Below, piece after piece: positions 8,785-17,880 of a DNA stretch of 64,000 bases. The notes beneath the pieces were generated by a model, which saw only the letters and a list, made by a program, of their open reading frames with translations, was not told the DNA's origin and ran no database searches. Position numbers and translations under genes: made by a program. Each line of letters begins with the position of its first letter. Position 1 is the stretch's first letter. This stretch comes from Burkholderiales bacterium (GTDB lineage: Bacteria; Pseudomonadota; Gammaproteobacteria; Burkholderiales; SG8-41): NCBI GenBank assembly GCA_036555615.1, contig DATBKZ010000028.1, positions 5,212-69,211 of the forward strand, read 5' to 3'.

Positions 8785-10374
8785 CTACTTGCGGAACATT
8801 TCCAGCATGCGCTGGGTCACGGCGAAGCCGCCGAACATGTTGATCGCGACGAGCGCGATGCTCACCACCGCCAGTCCGACGATCCAGCCAACGGGCCGCT
8901 CGGCCGCCGCGCTGACCGGCGGCGCGACCTGCACCAGCGCCCCGATGGCGATGATGCTGCTGATGGCATTGGTGACGCTCATCAGCGGCGTGTGCAGCGC
9001 GGGCGTCACGTTCCAGATCACCATGTAGCCGACGAAGCAGGCGAGCACGAACACGGTGAAGTGGCCGAGGAACGCAGGCGGCGCGTAGGCGCCGATGAAC
9101 CAGAAGGCAGCCGCCGCGACGAGGAAGAAGATGGCGGTCGCCCGGCCCGGGGCCGGCGCTTCCGCTCCGCCGTGAGCGTGCGCCTTGGCCGCGGCCGGCG
9201 CAGCGGCTTTCGCCGCGGCCGGCACGGCGGGCGCGGCCGAAAGCTTGGGGGCGGGCGGTGGCCAGGTGACGTTGCCCTCCTTCACCACGGTCGTGCCGCG
9301 GATCACCTCGTCTTCCATATTGACGTTGATCACGCCATCCTTGGTCTTGCACAGCTCTTCGGTCAGCCGGAAGAGATTGGTCGCATACAACGTGCTTGCC
9401 TGCTTGGACAGGCGGCTCGGCAGGTCGGAATAGCCGATGATGGTCACGCCGTGCCTGACGGCCACCTCGTGGGGCACCGTCAATTCGCAGTTGCCGCCCT
9501 GCTCCGCGGCCAGGTCGACAATGACGCTGCCCGGCTTCATCGACTTCACCATGTCCGCGGTGATCAGCCGCGGCGCCGGCCTGCCGGGAATGAGCGCGGT
9601 GGTGATGATGATGTCCACGTCCCTGGCCTGTTTCGCAAACACCCCGGCCTGGGCCTTGAGGAAGCCCTCGCTCATGACCTTCGCATAGCCGCCGACGCCG
9701 GTGCCTTCCTCCTGGTAGTCCACGGGGACGAACTCGGCCCCCATGGACCTGACCTGATCGGCCACCTCGGGACGCGTGTCGTTGGCGCGCACGATCGCGC
9801 CGAGGCCCGAAGCCGCGCCGATCGCGGAGAGCCCCGCGACACCGGCGCCAATGACGAAAACCTTGGCCGGCGGCACCTTGCCCGCGGCCGTGATCTGGCC
9901 GGTGAAGAAGCGGCCGAAATGATGCGCCGCCTCGATGACGGCACGGTAGCCGGCAATATTGGCCATCGAGGAGAGGGCGTCGAGCTTCTGCGCGCGCGAG
10001 ATGCGCGGCACACTGTCCATCGCGAGCACGGTGGCCTGCTTTGCCGCGAGCTGCTTCAGCAACTCGGGGTTCTGCGCCGGCCAGATGAAGCTGACGAGCG
10101 TGCCGCCCTCGCGCATCAGCCCGATTTCCTCCGCGCTCGGCCCGCGCACCTTGAAGACGATGTCCGATGCGGCCCAGAGCGAGGCAGCGGAACCGAGGAT
10201 TTCAGCGCCTGCCGCGCGATAGGTGTCGTCGCTGAAATTTGCCGCGTCCCCGGCGCCGGATTGAACGACGACCTTGAAGCCAAGCTTGACGAGCTTTTCG
10301 ACGATTTCCGGCACCGTCGCAACGCGCTTCTCGCCCGCCGCGGTCTCTTTCGGCACTCCTATGACCTGAGGCAT
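8785..10374 (-). CDS. pntA: NAD(P) transhydrogenase subunit alpha (dI plus membrane dII part fused)
   Basis: 529 aa. Rossmann motif [15 protein letters not shown] and a C-terminal membrane segment. Adjacent to pntB. Confidence 0.95.
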   Translation of the reverse strand: MPQVIGVPKETAAGEKRVATVPEIVEKLVKLGFKVVVQSGAGDAANFSDDTYRAAGAEILGSAASLWAASDIVFKVRGPSAEEIGLMREGGTLVSFIWPAQNPELLKQLAAKQATVLAMDSVPRISRAQKLDALSSMANIAGYRAVIEAAHHFGRFFTGQITAAGKVPPAKVFVIGAGVAGLSAIGAASGLGAIVRANDTRPEVADQVRSMGAEFVPVDYQEEGTGVGGYAKVMSEGFLKAQAGVFAKQARDVDIIITTALIPGRPAPRLITADMVKSMKPGSVIVDLAAEQGGNCELTVPHEVAVRHGVTIIGYSDLPSRLSKQASTLYATNLFRLTEELCKTKDGVINVNMEDEVIRGTTVVKEGNVTWPPPAPKLSAAPAVPAAAKAAAPAAAKAHAHGGAEAPAPGRATAIFFLVAAAAFWFIGAYAPPAFLGHFTVFVLACFVGYMVIWNVTPALHTPLMSVTNAISSIIAIGALVQVAPPVSAAAERPVGWIVGLAVVSIALVAINMFGGFAVTQRMLEMFRK

Positions 10375-10445
10375 GAAATCCCCTTTTGACTACTGCAGGT
10401 TGCTCACTGCCGATGATACCAAGGCCCATGCGCGGGCCGTGAGCT

Positions 10446-11231
10446 TCAGATCTTCACCCCACGAAGGAAATCGGCGCGGGCGCGGGCGCCGGCCATCATG
10501 AACGAGAGGTCCGAGCCGGAGAGAATCATGCGCATTCCCATCTGGATGTACTGCACCATGAGCTTGGGCTCGTACACGCCGCCCATGCCCGGATGCTTGC
10601 CGTGCTTGGCGCACGCCGCAATCACTTTCCGGTAGGCATCCTCGACCCTGGGCTCGGTGAACTGGCCGGGAATCCCCATCTCCGCGCACAGGTCGTTGGT
10701 GCCGATAAGCAGCACGTCGACGCCGGGCACCTGCGCGATGGCGTCCGCGTTCGCAATGGCCTTGGGCGTCTCGAGCATGACGACGACGAGCGTGATCTCG
10801 TTCACGAGCTTCGTGGCCTCACCCACCGGCACGGTGCGGAAGCCGAGCTGCGGCTGCGCGCCGGCGATCGAGCGATGTCCCAGCGGAGGGTAGCGGCACG
10901 CGCGGGCGATGCGCTGCGCTTCCTCCACGGTGTCCACGTGCGGCGCGACGACCCCCTGCGCGCCGTTGTCGAGCAGGCGCGACGCGTGGTAATGCTCGTG
11001 CCCCGGCACCCGCACGAGGGGCGTGATGCCGGCACCGAGCGCCGCCATGGCGAGCTGCGAGGCGAGGTCGACGTCCATCGAGCTGTGTTCCATGTCGATG
11101 AAGAGCCAATCGAAGCCGCAGGTCTTCGCGATGGTCGCGATGTCGACGGTGCGTGATTGCCGCGCGCCCATGCCGAGCGCGAGCTCGCCGGCAGCGAGCC
11201 GGCGCTTGGTCTGGTTGGGGACGGGTTCCAT
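10446..11231 (-). CDS. HpcH/HpaI family 2-keto-3-deoxy-acid aldolase
   Basis: 261 aa. FIDMEHS, VRVPGHE and LLIGTNDL motifs of the class II HpcH/HpaI aldolase fold. Confidence 0.8.
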   Translation of the reverse strand: MEPVPNQTKRRLAAGELALGMGARQSRTVDIATIAKTCGFDWLFIDMEHSSMDVDLASQLAMAALGAGITPLVRVPGHEHYHASRLLDNGAQGVVAPHVDTVEEAQRIARACRYPPLGHRSIAGAQPQLGFRTVPVGEATKLVNEITLVVVMLETPKAIANADAIAQVPGVDVLLIGTNDLCAEMGIPGQFTEPRVEDAYRKVIAACAKHGKHPGMGGVYEPKLMVQYIQMGMRMILSGSDLSFMMAGARARADFLRGVKI

Positions 11232-11286
11232 TATTCTTCCGGCGGTAAGGGTCGGGAGGCCGCATTTTAACCGCTATAATTCGCGC

Positions 11287-13023
11287 ATGCCCGCGATCCG
11301 CGTGTTGCCCGAGCTGCTCGTCAGCCAGATCGCCGCCGGGGAAGTCGTTGATCGCCCCGCATCCGCCCTCAAGGAGCTGCTGGAAAACAGTCTCGATGCG
11401 GGCGCGCGCAGCCTCACCGTTCAGCTCGGGGGCGGGGGCACGAAGCTCATCAAGGTCACGGACGACGGCGGTGGCATTCCGCGCGAGGAGCTGCCGCTCG
11501 CGCTCGCCCGCCACGCCACCAGCAAAATCGGCTCGCTCGACGACCTCGAGCACGTGGCGAGCCTCGGGTTTCGCGGCGAGGCGCTGGCGAGCATCGCGGC
11601 AGTGTCGCACCTCACGCTGACGAGCCGCCGCGCCGGCGAGAAGCACGGCTGGACGGTGAGCGCCACTGGCGCGGGGGTGTCCAAATCAGCGCCGGCGCCG
11701 CTTGCCGAAGGCACCAGCGTGGAAGTGCGCGACCTGTACTTCAACACGCCGGCCCGCCGCAAGTTCCTCAAGTCCGAAGCAACCGAGTTCGCGCACTGCG
11801 AGGAGGCGTTCAAACGCATTGCGCTGTCCCGGCCGGACGTCGCGCTCACGCTCCAGCACAACGGGCGCAGCCGCCACCACCTCAAGCCGCAGCCGCTGCG
11901 TCGCCGCATCGGCGCGCTGTTGGGCGAGGATTTTCACGACGGCGCGCTCGAGCTCGACGAATCGAGCGCCGGGCTGCGCGTGCACGGCGCCGTCGGCCTG
12001 CCTGCGCAGGCGCGGGCGCGCCGCGAGGAGCAGTACTGCTTTGTCAATGGCCGCTTCGTGCGCGATCGCCTGATCGCCCACGCCATCCGCCAGGCCTACC
12101 AGGACGTGCTGCACCACGATCAGCACCCCGCGTTCGTGCTGTTCCTGGAGATCGATCCCGCGCTGGTGGACGTGAATGTCCATCCGACCAAGACCGAGGT
12201 GCGCTTCCGCGACGCGCGCGGGGTGCACCAGTTCGTGTTCCACGCGCTGAACAAGACCCTTGCCCGCGCCGTGGCGGGCGCCCCGGCGCCCCGGAGCCCG
12301 GTGGGGGCGCCTGCGGCCGTGGTCGCCGCCCAGCCGATGCGCCAGGCAGCCATGGCAATGGCGACGGCGGAGCCGGTGGCCTTCTACGAGACCCTGTTCG
12401 GGCAGCCGCAACCCGCCACCCCGCTCCCGGACGCGGAAGAGGCGCCGCTCGGGTTCGCCCTGGCGCAACTCTCCGGCGTCTACGTACTCGCGCAGAACCA
12501 CCACGGGCTGGTGATCGTGGACATGCACGCGGCCCACGAGCGGATCATGTACGAGCGGCTGAAGGGCGCGCTCGATGCGCGCGTGATCCCGATGCAGCCG
12601 CTGCTGGTGCCGGTGGCCTTTCCCGCCGAGGCGCTGGACGTCGCGACGGTGGAGGAGCACGCGGACGTGCTGCGCACCATCGGCTTCGACATCGCGGCCG
12701 CCTCCCCTGCCTCGCTCATCGTGCGGGCGGTGCCGGCGCTGCTTGCCGATGCCAACGTGCGCGGGCTCGCTATGGACGTGCTGCGCGAATTGCGCGAGTA
12801 CGGCGCGAGCCGCGTCCTCACCGAGCGCCGCAACGAGCTGCTGGCGACCATGGCGTGCCACGCCGCGGTGCGCGCCAACCGCAAGCTGACCGTCCCCGAG
12901 ATGAACGGCCTGCTGCGCGAGATGGAGGCGACCGAGCGCTCCGGCCAGTGCAACCACGGCCGGCCCACGTGGCACCAGGTGACGCTCGCGGAGCTCGACA
13001 AGCTGTTCATGAGGGGTCGCTGA
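11287..13023 (+). CDS. mutL: DNA mismatch repair endonuclease MutL
   Basis: N-terminus MPAIRVLPELLVSQIAAGEVVDRPASALKELLENSLDAGA (GHKL ATPase) and C-terminal QCNHGRPTW. The track ORF starts at 11023, but ATG 11287 fits the conserved N-terminus. Confidence 0.95.
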   Translation: MPAIRVLPELLVSQIAAGEVVDRPASALKELLENSLDAGARSLTVQLGGGGTKLIKVTDDGGGIPREELPLALARHATSKIGSLDDLEHVASLGFRGEALASIAAVSHLTLTSRRAGEKHGWTVSATGAGVSKSAPAPLAEGTSVEVRDLYFNTPARRKFLKSEATEFAHCEEAFKRIALSRPDVALTLQHNGRSRHHLKPQPLRRRIGALLGEDFHDGALELDESSAGLRVHGAVGLPAQARARREEQYCFVNGRFVRDRLIAHAIRQAYQDVLHHDQHPAFVLFLEIDPALVDVNVHPTKTEVRFRDARGVHQFVFHALNKTLARAVAGAPAPRSPVGAPAAVVAAQPMRQAAMAMATAEPVAFYETLFGQPQPATPLPDAEEAPLGFALAQLSGVYVLAQNHHGLVIVDMHAAHERIMYERLKGALDARVIPMQPLLVPVAFPAEALDVATVEEHADVLRTIGFDIAAASPASLIVRAVPALLADANVRGLAMDVLRELREYGASRVLTERRNELLATMACHAAVRANRKLTVPEMNGLLREMEATERSGQCNHGRPTWHQVTLAELDKLFMRGR

Positions 13024-13037
13024 GCATCCTTGAAGAA

Positions 13038-13263
13038 GTGACTCGTTCCTCGCTGCTCGTTTCTCGTGATCCGTAGAAAGAAAAACAAACCTGCGCCGGG
13101 GCGGAAGAAGTCCGCCGCCCCGCGCCGCCGCGCGAAGAAGGCGGCGCGTGCGCGTCGCGGCAAGCCTGCGCCCGCAACAGTCACCCGACCCGCGGCAACC
13201 TTCGCCGGTTCCGTTCCGTTGTCCGCAACGAGGAGCAAGAAACGAGAAACGAGAAGCGCAAAA
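13038..13263. repeat. Intergenic element bounded by inverted heptamer arrays (13038-13072 GNNNCTC units; 13229-13263 CGAGNNN units)
   Basis: The arms are about 19/25 complementary when aligned by eye, and the spacer is about 155 bp. The element lies between the mutL stop and the conserved MiaA N-terminus. Confidence 0.55.
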
Positions 13264-14208
13264 TTGCCGCCGGCAATCCTGCTCATGGGCCCGACGGCGA
13301 GCGGCAAGACCGCGGTCGCACTGCGACTGGCGCGGGAGCTGCCCTGCGAGATCATCAGCGTGGACTCCGCCCAGATCTACAAGGGGATGGACATCGGCAC
13401 CGCCAAGCCGGCAGCCGCGTTGCTGAGCGAAGCGCCGCACCACCTCATCGACATCATCGAGCCGCACGAGAGCTATTCCGCCGCGCGCTTTCGCGACGAC
13501 GCGCTGGCGCTGATGCGCGAGATCACGGAGCGCGACCGCATCCCGTTGCTGGTCGGCGGCACCATGCTCTACTTTCAGGCGCTCACCGAGGGGCTCAACG
13601 AGCTGCCGGAAGCCGACCCGATGATCCGCCTCATGATCGACACCATGGCCAGCGAACAGGGCTGGCCCGCAGTGCACGAGCGGCTGGCGCGGGTGGATCC
13701 CGAAACCGCGGCGCGCCTCGAGCCGAACGACGCGCAGCGTATCCAGCGCGCGCTCGAGATCTATTACCTCACCAACAGGCCCCTGTCGCAGCTCCTGAAA
13801 AAACCCAAGTACGTCTATTTTCCCTACACCCCGCTCAAGGTTTCCCTCGTCCCCGGCGACCGCGAGGCGCTGCACGCTCGGATCGCGCAGCGCTTCGACG
13901 CGATGCTCGAGTCGGGGCTGGTGGCGGAACTGAGGAGGCTGCGGGACGAGTACGCGCTCGAGCCCGGCATGCCGTCGATGCGCTGCGTCGGCTACCGCCA
14001 GGCCTGGGAGCATCTCGAGGGCCGGATCGGCGCCGAGGCGCTGCGCGAGCACGGGATCGCCGCCACCCGCCAGCTCGCCAAGCGCCAGCTCACCTGGCTG
14101 CGGTCAATGGCGGGCGTGACCGAGTTTGACTGCCTGTCGGAGGATGTCGCCGACCTGGTGCTGGAATACCTCCGCCGCGAGCTCGAGGCGCTGCTGGTCA
14201 GCGGCTGA
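13264..14208 (+). CDS. miaA: tRNA dimethylallyltransferase MiaA
   Basis: LMGPTASGKTAVAL P-loop and SVDSAQIYKGMDIGTAKP. The start is proposed at TTG 13264, giving a 314-aa protein of typical size. The track ORF from GTG 13066 adds a Lys/Arg-rich 66-aa extension that overlaps the repeat element. Confidence 0.85.
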   Translation: MPPAILLMGPTASGKTAVALRLARELPCEIISVDSAQIYKGMDIGTAKPAAALLSEAPHHLIDIIEPHESYSAARFRDDALALMREITERDRIPLLVGGTMLYFQALTEGLNELPEADPMIRLMIDTMASEQGWPAVHERLARVDPETAARLEPNDAQRIQRALEIYYLTNRPLSQLLKKPKYVYFPYTPLKVSLVPGDREALHARIAQRFDAMLESGLVAELRRLRDEYALEPGMPSMRCVGYRQAWEHLEGRIGAEALREHGIAATRQLAKRQLTWLRSMAGVTEFDCLSEDVADLVLEYLRRELEALLVSG

Positions 14209-15042
14209 CTACGTGCGGCGGGAGGTCATGTCGCGCAGCCGGTCCGCCGCGGCCTTGAGCAGCGACACGGTGAAGTCGGGGTTGGTTTTCACCATGGTCA
14301 GGAAATCGGCGCGGTTGATCGTCAGCAGGTCGCAGTCGGTCTCCGCGACGGCGGTCGCGGCGCGCGGGGATTGATCGACGAGCGCCATCTCGCCGAAGAC
14401 GCCGCCGGGCCCCACCCACTCGACGAGCTTGTTCTTGATCGATATGGCGACCCTCCCCGAGAGCACGACGTACATGAACACCCCGGGCTCGCCCTCCTTC
14501 ATGATGACCTTGTTGAGCGGGCAATGCTGCGGCATGCGATGCTGGGTCGCCACCATCAGGCCCTGGAGCAGCATCTCGTCGAACACCCGCCTCGTGCGCG
14601 CCCCGTCGGATGCCTCCAGCGCCCTGCCCATCGCCAGCATGGTGACGGTCAGGCGCAGGCGGTTGATGAGAATGTTCATCAGCATCAGCGCGAATTCCGG
14701 ATTCTTCTGGATCGCGCGCTGAAACTGCTGCGCATCGAGCGACACCACGCGGCAGCCGGTCCGGGCGGTCGCCGTCGCGCTGCGGGGGAGCTGGCTGATG
14801 GCGGCCATCTCGCCAAAGACCTCGCCCGCCTTGACGACGTCGATGGCTTTCCCGCCCCGCGTCAATCCCACCTGGCCCGCTTCCACCAGGTACATCCTGT
14901 CGCTGTTCTGGTTCTCGGTGAAAAATACCGCGCCCTTGGTGACGTCCTCGACCTGTCCGAGCGAGTCGAAGCAGACCCTCGCAATCTTCGGATCGTAGAT
15001 CGCGCTCTTGGTGGGCCGCCGGGTAAAGTCGAGGTCTTCCAT
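14209..15042 (-). CDS. Stand-alone protein with two cyclic-nucleotide-binding (CNB/CAP_ED) domains
   Basis: The CNB signature occurs twice (GEVFGEMAAISQLPRSATATA and GGVFGEMALVDQSPRAATAVA). No HTH or other output domain is present. ATG 15042 lies 5 nt after the xseA stop and has an AAGGA upstream. Confidence 0.8.
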   Translation of the reverse strand: MEDLDFTRRPTKSAIYDPKIARVCFDSLGQVEDVTKGAVFFTENQNSDRMYLVEAGQVGLTRGGKAIDVVKAGEVFGEMAAISQLPRSATATARTGCRVVSLDAQQFQRAIQKNPEFALMLMNILINRLRLTVTMLAMGRALEASDGARTRRVFDEMLLQGLMVATQHRMPQHCPLNKVIMKEGEPGVFMYVVLSGRVAISIKNKLVEWVGPGGVFGEMALVDQSPRAATAVAETDCDLLTINRADFLTMVKTNPDFTVSLLKAAADRLRDMTSRRT

Positions 15043-15047
15043 AACGA

Positions 15048-16382
15048 TCACGATCCTTTGCGCGTGACGGTTGCTTCCGCCCACCCTTTCGAGAACGTCG
15101 TCCGCAGCGCCTCACCGACCGCGAGCTGTCCGGCATCGCGCACGACGGCACCCCGCGGGTCGTGGGTGATGCTGTAGCCGCGTTCCAGCACTGATTGCGG
15201 ATTGAGGTGCTTCAAATGCGCATCGAGGCGCGCGGCGAGCGCCGTGCCGGCCTCGAGCCGCCGCCGCGCGCCATCGCGCAGGCGCCGCGCGAGCTCCACG
15301 CAGCTCCGCCGCAATTCTGCCACAGCGGGCGCGCAGGCGGTAAGACGCAGGCCGGCTTCCCGCAGGCGCCAGGCGTGATCCTCGAGCGCGCGCGCCGAAG
15401 CCGCGCTCAATCGCGCCGCGAGATGGCGCAGCTCGCCCAGCTGATTGCGGATGCGCTCGCCCGGGTGGACCAGCCGGCGCGAGAGGATGTCGAGCCGCTG
15501 CATGCGGTTCTCGAGCCCGCGCCGCGCGTTCCGCCACAGCCGCTGCGCAAAGTGCGCCACCTGCTGCGAGAGCTCCCGCCGGTCGGGGCTCGCCAGCTCG
15601 GCGGCCGATGTCGGTGTGGGTGCCCGCACGTCCGCGACGAAGTCGGAGATGGTGAAGTCGGTCTCATGCCCGATGCCCGATACGACCGGCACGCTGCACG
15701 CCAGAATCGCGCGCGCGACGGCTTCCTCGTTGAACGCCCACAGGTCCTCGATGCTGCCGCCGCCACGGCATATGATCAGCACGTCGCAGTCGCGCCGCTC
15801 CCCCGCCGCGGCTACGGCCGCCGCGATTCGGCTGGCCGCGCCCTCCCCCTGTACTGGCGCCGGATAAATGACGACCGGCAGCTGCGGCATGCGCCGGCGC
15901 AGTGTCGTCAACACGTCGCGCAGCGCTGCCGCCTGCGGCGACGTCACAACGCCGATCATGCGCGGGAACCGGGGCAACGGCCGCTTGCGCGCCGGGTCGA
16001 AGAGCCCCTCCTTCTCGAGCTTTGCCTTCAGGCGCTCGAACGCCTCGTAGAGCGCGCCCAGTCCGGCTCGGCGCATGACCTCGACATTCAACTGGAACTT
16101 GCCGCGTGCCTCGTAGAGAGTGGGCAGCGCCCTGACCTCCACCTGCATCCCGTCGCGCGGCACCCATCCCTGCAGTTGCGCCCGGTGGCGGAACATCACG
16201 CAGTCGACCTGCGCCTGCGCGTCCTTGAGCGTGAAGTAGCAGTGGCCGGACTCGTAGCGCTTGAAGTTGGAGACCTCGCCAGCCACCCAGAGCAGCGGCA
16301 GGTTGCGCTCGAGCGTCTCCCGTGCAATGCGGTTCAGCTCCGAGACCGAGATGACTTGCGGCGGCGGCGCGAGGTCAGGCAT
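15048..16382 (-). CDS. xseA: Exodeoxyribonuclease VII large subunit
   Basis: 444 aa. OB-fold N-terminus (VSELNRIARETLE...WVAGEVSNFKRYESGHCYFTLKD), GGGSIEDLWAFNEE, and a coiled-coil C-terminus. Confidence 0.95.
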   Translation of the reverse strand: MPDLAPPPQVISVSELNRIARETLERNLPLLWVAGEVSNFKRYESGHCYFTLKDAQAQVDCVMFRHRAQLQGWVPRDGMQVEVRALPTLYEARGKFQLNVEVMRRAGLGALYEAFERLKAKLEKEGLFDPARKRPLPRFPRMIGVVTSPQAAALRDVLTTLRRRMPQLPVVIYPAPVQGEGAASRIAAAVAAAGERRDCDVLIICRGGGSIEDLWAFNEEAVARAILACSVPVVSGIGHETDFTISDFVADVRAPTPTSAAELASPDRRELSQQVAHFAQRLWRNARRGLENRMQRLDILSRRLVHPGERIRNQLGELRHLAARLSAASARALEDHAWRLREAGLRLTACAPAVAELRRSCVELARRLRDGARRRLEAGTALAARLDAHLKHLNPQSVLERGYSITHDPRGAVVRDAGQLAVGEALRTTFSKGWAEATVTRKGS

Positions 16383-16397
16383 CGACTCATTCTAGAT

Positions 16398-16425
16398 CAG
16401 TGACACGTGATGCGTGATGCGTCAC
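16398..16425. repeat. Heptamer array CAGTGAC ACGTGAT GCGTGAT GCGTCAC (outer GTGAC/GTCAC inverted)
   Basis: Read directly, 16-43 nt upstream of the xseA start codon. Confidence 0.6.
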
Positions 16426-16494
16426 GAGCCGCGCCCCGGCAGCAAAAATCTCCTGATGAATTGAGGGGTTGCGCGCGCGGCCCCGCCCGTTCTC

Positions 16495-16680
16495 TTGTCC
16501 ACAGCGACCGGGCTGCCCGGCGAGCGCTTGGCCGCACGCCGTTATCGCACCCGGAATCTCAATCAACCCCTTGAATTGAATCCGCAATTGGCTTTCGCTG
16601 CTGGTGCGGCCCCTCGACGCTTCGCCGAGATGAATTTATGTGCTCCTGTCGCTAACAGGGTATGCACAGGGTTATCCACA
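16495..16680 (+). promoter_or_regulatory. Three same-orientation DnaA-box-like 9-mers (TTGTCCACA 16495-16503; GTATGCACA 16660-16668; perfect TTATCCACA 16672-16680)
   Basis: Matches to the TTATNCACA consensus were read directly in the 434-bp xseA/exbB intergenic region. Confidence 0.4.
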
Positions 16681-16816
16681 GGCCAAGCCATCCGCGGGAA
16701 ATGATTGAGCCCCTGATCCGTCTCGAAAAAATTTCAAGTCAAGCGCGCCGCCGACGCACGGTTGCTGAAAACGCATCGCGCGGCTAAAGTGACGGCCAGT
16801 TTTAAGGATCGCGCAC

Positions 16817-17422
16817 TTGTTCGCTCTCATCGATGCCGCAGGCTGGCCCATCTGGTTTCTCATCGTCTCCTCGGTCATCGCCCTTGCCATCATCGGGGAG
16901 CGCTGGTGGTCGTTGCGCGAGAGCATCGTCATGCCCCGCAACCTGCTTGCCCAGACCATCGAGGATTACCGCGAGAGCCGGACGACGCCGCAGATGCTCT
17001 CCCGGCTCACCCGGAGCTCGCCGCTGGGACGGGTGTTTGCCGCAGGCCTGAGAAACGCCAAGAGCCCCCCCGCGATCATCAAGGAAGCCATCGAGGAATC
17101 GGGCCGCACGGTCGCAATCGAGCTCGAGCGCTTCCTCACCAGCCTCGGCACCATCGCCATCATCGCGCCGCTTCTGGGGTTGTTCGGAACCGTGGTCGGC
17201 ATGATCGAGATCTTCGGGGCGCAGACGCCGACGGGCACCAACCCGCTGCAGCTCGCGCACGGCATCTCGATCGCGCTCTATAACACCGCGTTCGGCATCC
17301 TGATCGCGGTGCCCGCCATGATCTTCTACCGCTACTTCCGCGCGAAGGTGGACGTGATGCTGGTGGACATGGAGATGCAGGCGATCAAGCTGGTGGAGAT
17401 CATCCACGGCGAGCGCCAATAG
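16817..17422 (+). CDS. exbB: MotA/TolQ/ExbB proton-channel family protein (ExbB)
   Basis: 201 aa, 3 TM helices, TIAIIAPLLGLFGTVVGMI motif. TTG start with AAGGA upstream. Followed by exbD. Confidence 0.9.
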   Translation: MFALIDAAGWPIWFLIVSSVIALAIIGERWWSLRESIVMPRNLLAQTIEDYRESRTTPQMLSRLTRSSPLGRVFAAGLRNAKSPPAIIKEAIEESGRTVAIELERFLTSLGTIAIIAPLLGLFGTVVGMIEIFGAQTPTGTNPLQLAHGISIALYNTAFGILIAVPAMIFYRYFRAKVDVMLVDMEMQAIKLVEIIHGERQ

Positions 17423-17434
17423 AGCCTATCTCTC

Positions 17435-17854
17435 ATGAGATTCCGCCCGCGCGCGTTCCGGGAGGAGCCGGAGATCAACTTCATCCCGTTGATCGACGTG
17501 CTGCTGGTGATCCTGATCTTCCTGATGGTCACCACCACCTATTCGCGCTACGCCGAGCTGCAGATCAACCTGCCTGCTGCCGATGCCGAGCAGCAGCGGG
17601 ACCGGCCCGATCAGATCGACGTCGCGGTGGACGTCCAGGGGCGCTATTCGATCAATCGCCGCCCGATTGCATTCAGCAACCCGGCTGCGTTCAGCGCCGA
17701 TCTGCGGCGGGCGGCCGGAGCCGCGAAGGAGCCGGTGATCGTCATCACCGCCGACGCCAACGCGCCGCACCAGTCGGTGATCAACATCATGGAAGCCGCG
17801 CGCCTCGCGGGTTACGGCAGGATCACCTTCACTACCCAGGCCGGAAAGAAGTAA
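17435..17854 (+). CDS. exbD: Biopolymer transport protein ExbD/TolR
   Basis: 139 aa. INFIPLIDVLLVILIFLMV N-terminal TM helix, typical of ExbD. Confidence 0.9.
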   Translation: MRFRPRAFREEPEINFIPLIDVLLVILIFLMVTTTYSRYAELQINLPAADAEQQRDRPDQIDVAVDVQGRYSINRRPIAFSNPAAFSADLRRAAGAAKEPVIVITADANAPHQSVINIMEAARLAGYGRITFTTQAGKK

Positions 17855-17880
17855 GACGGATCCCCTCTCCCCTTTCCCCA

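Noticed and set aside
13066-13263. Basic Lys/Arg-rich N-terminal extension of MiaA
   Set aside because: It is treated as non-coding because it coincides with an inverted-repeat-bounded repeat element, and because MiaA P-loops are normally within about 15 residues of the N-terminus. It is kept as a finding because translation cannot be excluded from sequence alone.
11686-14052. 788-aa minus-strand ORF opposite mutL and miaA
   Set aside because: It is antisense to two highly conserved genes. The composition is that of a high-GC shadow ORF, with no motifs.
16621-16720. Fur box upstream of exbB-exbD
   Set aside because: The sequences GATGAATTTATGTG and GAAATGATTGAG only weakly resemble the GATAATGATAATCATTATC consensus, which is insufficient to call.
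16383-16816. Chromosomal replication origin (oriC)
   Set aside because: There are only three DnaA-box-like sites, no obvious AT-rich DUE repeats, and none of the usual flanking genes (dnaA, dnaN, rpmH, gidA, parAB). It is retained only as a possible DnaA-binding regulatory or titration site.
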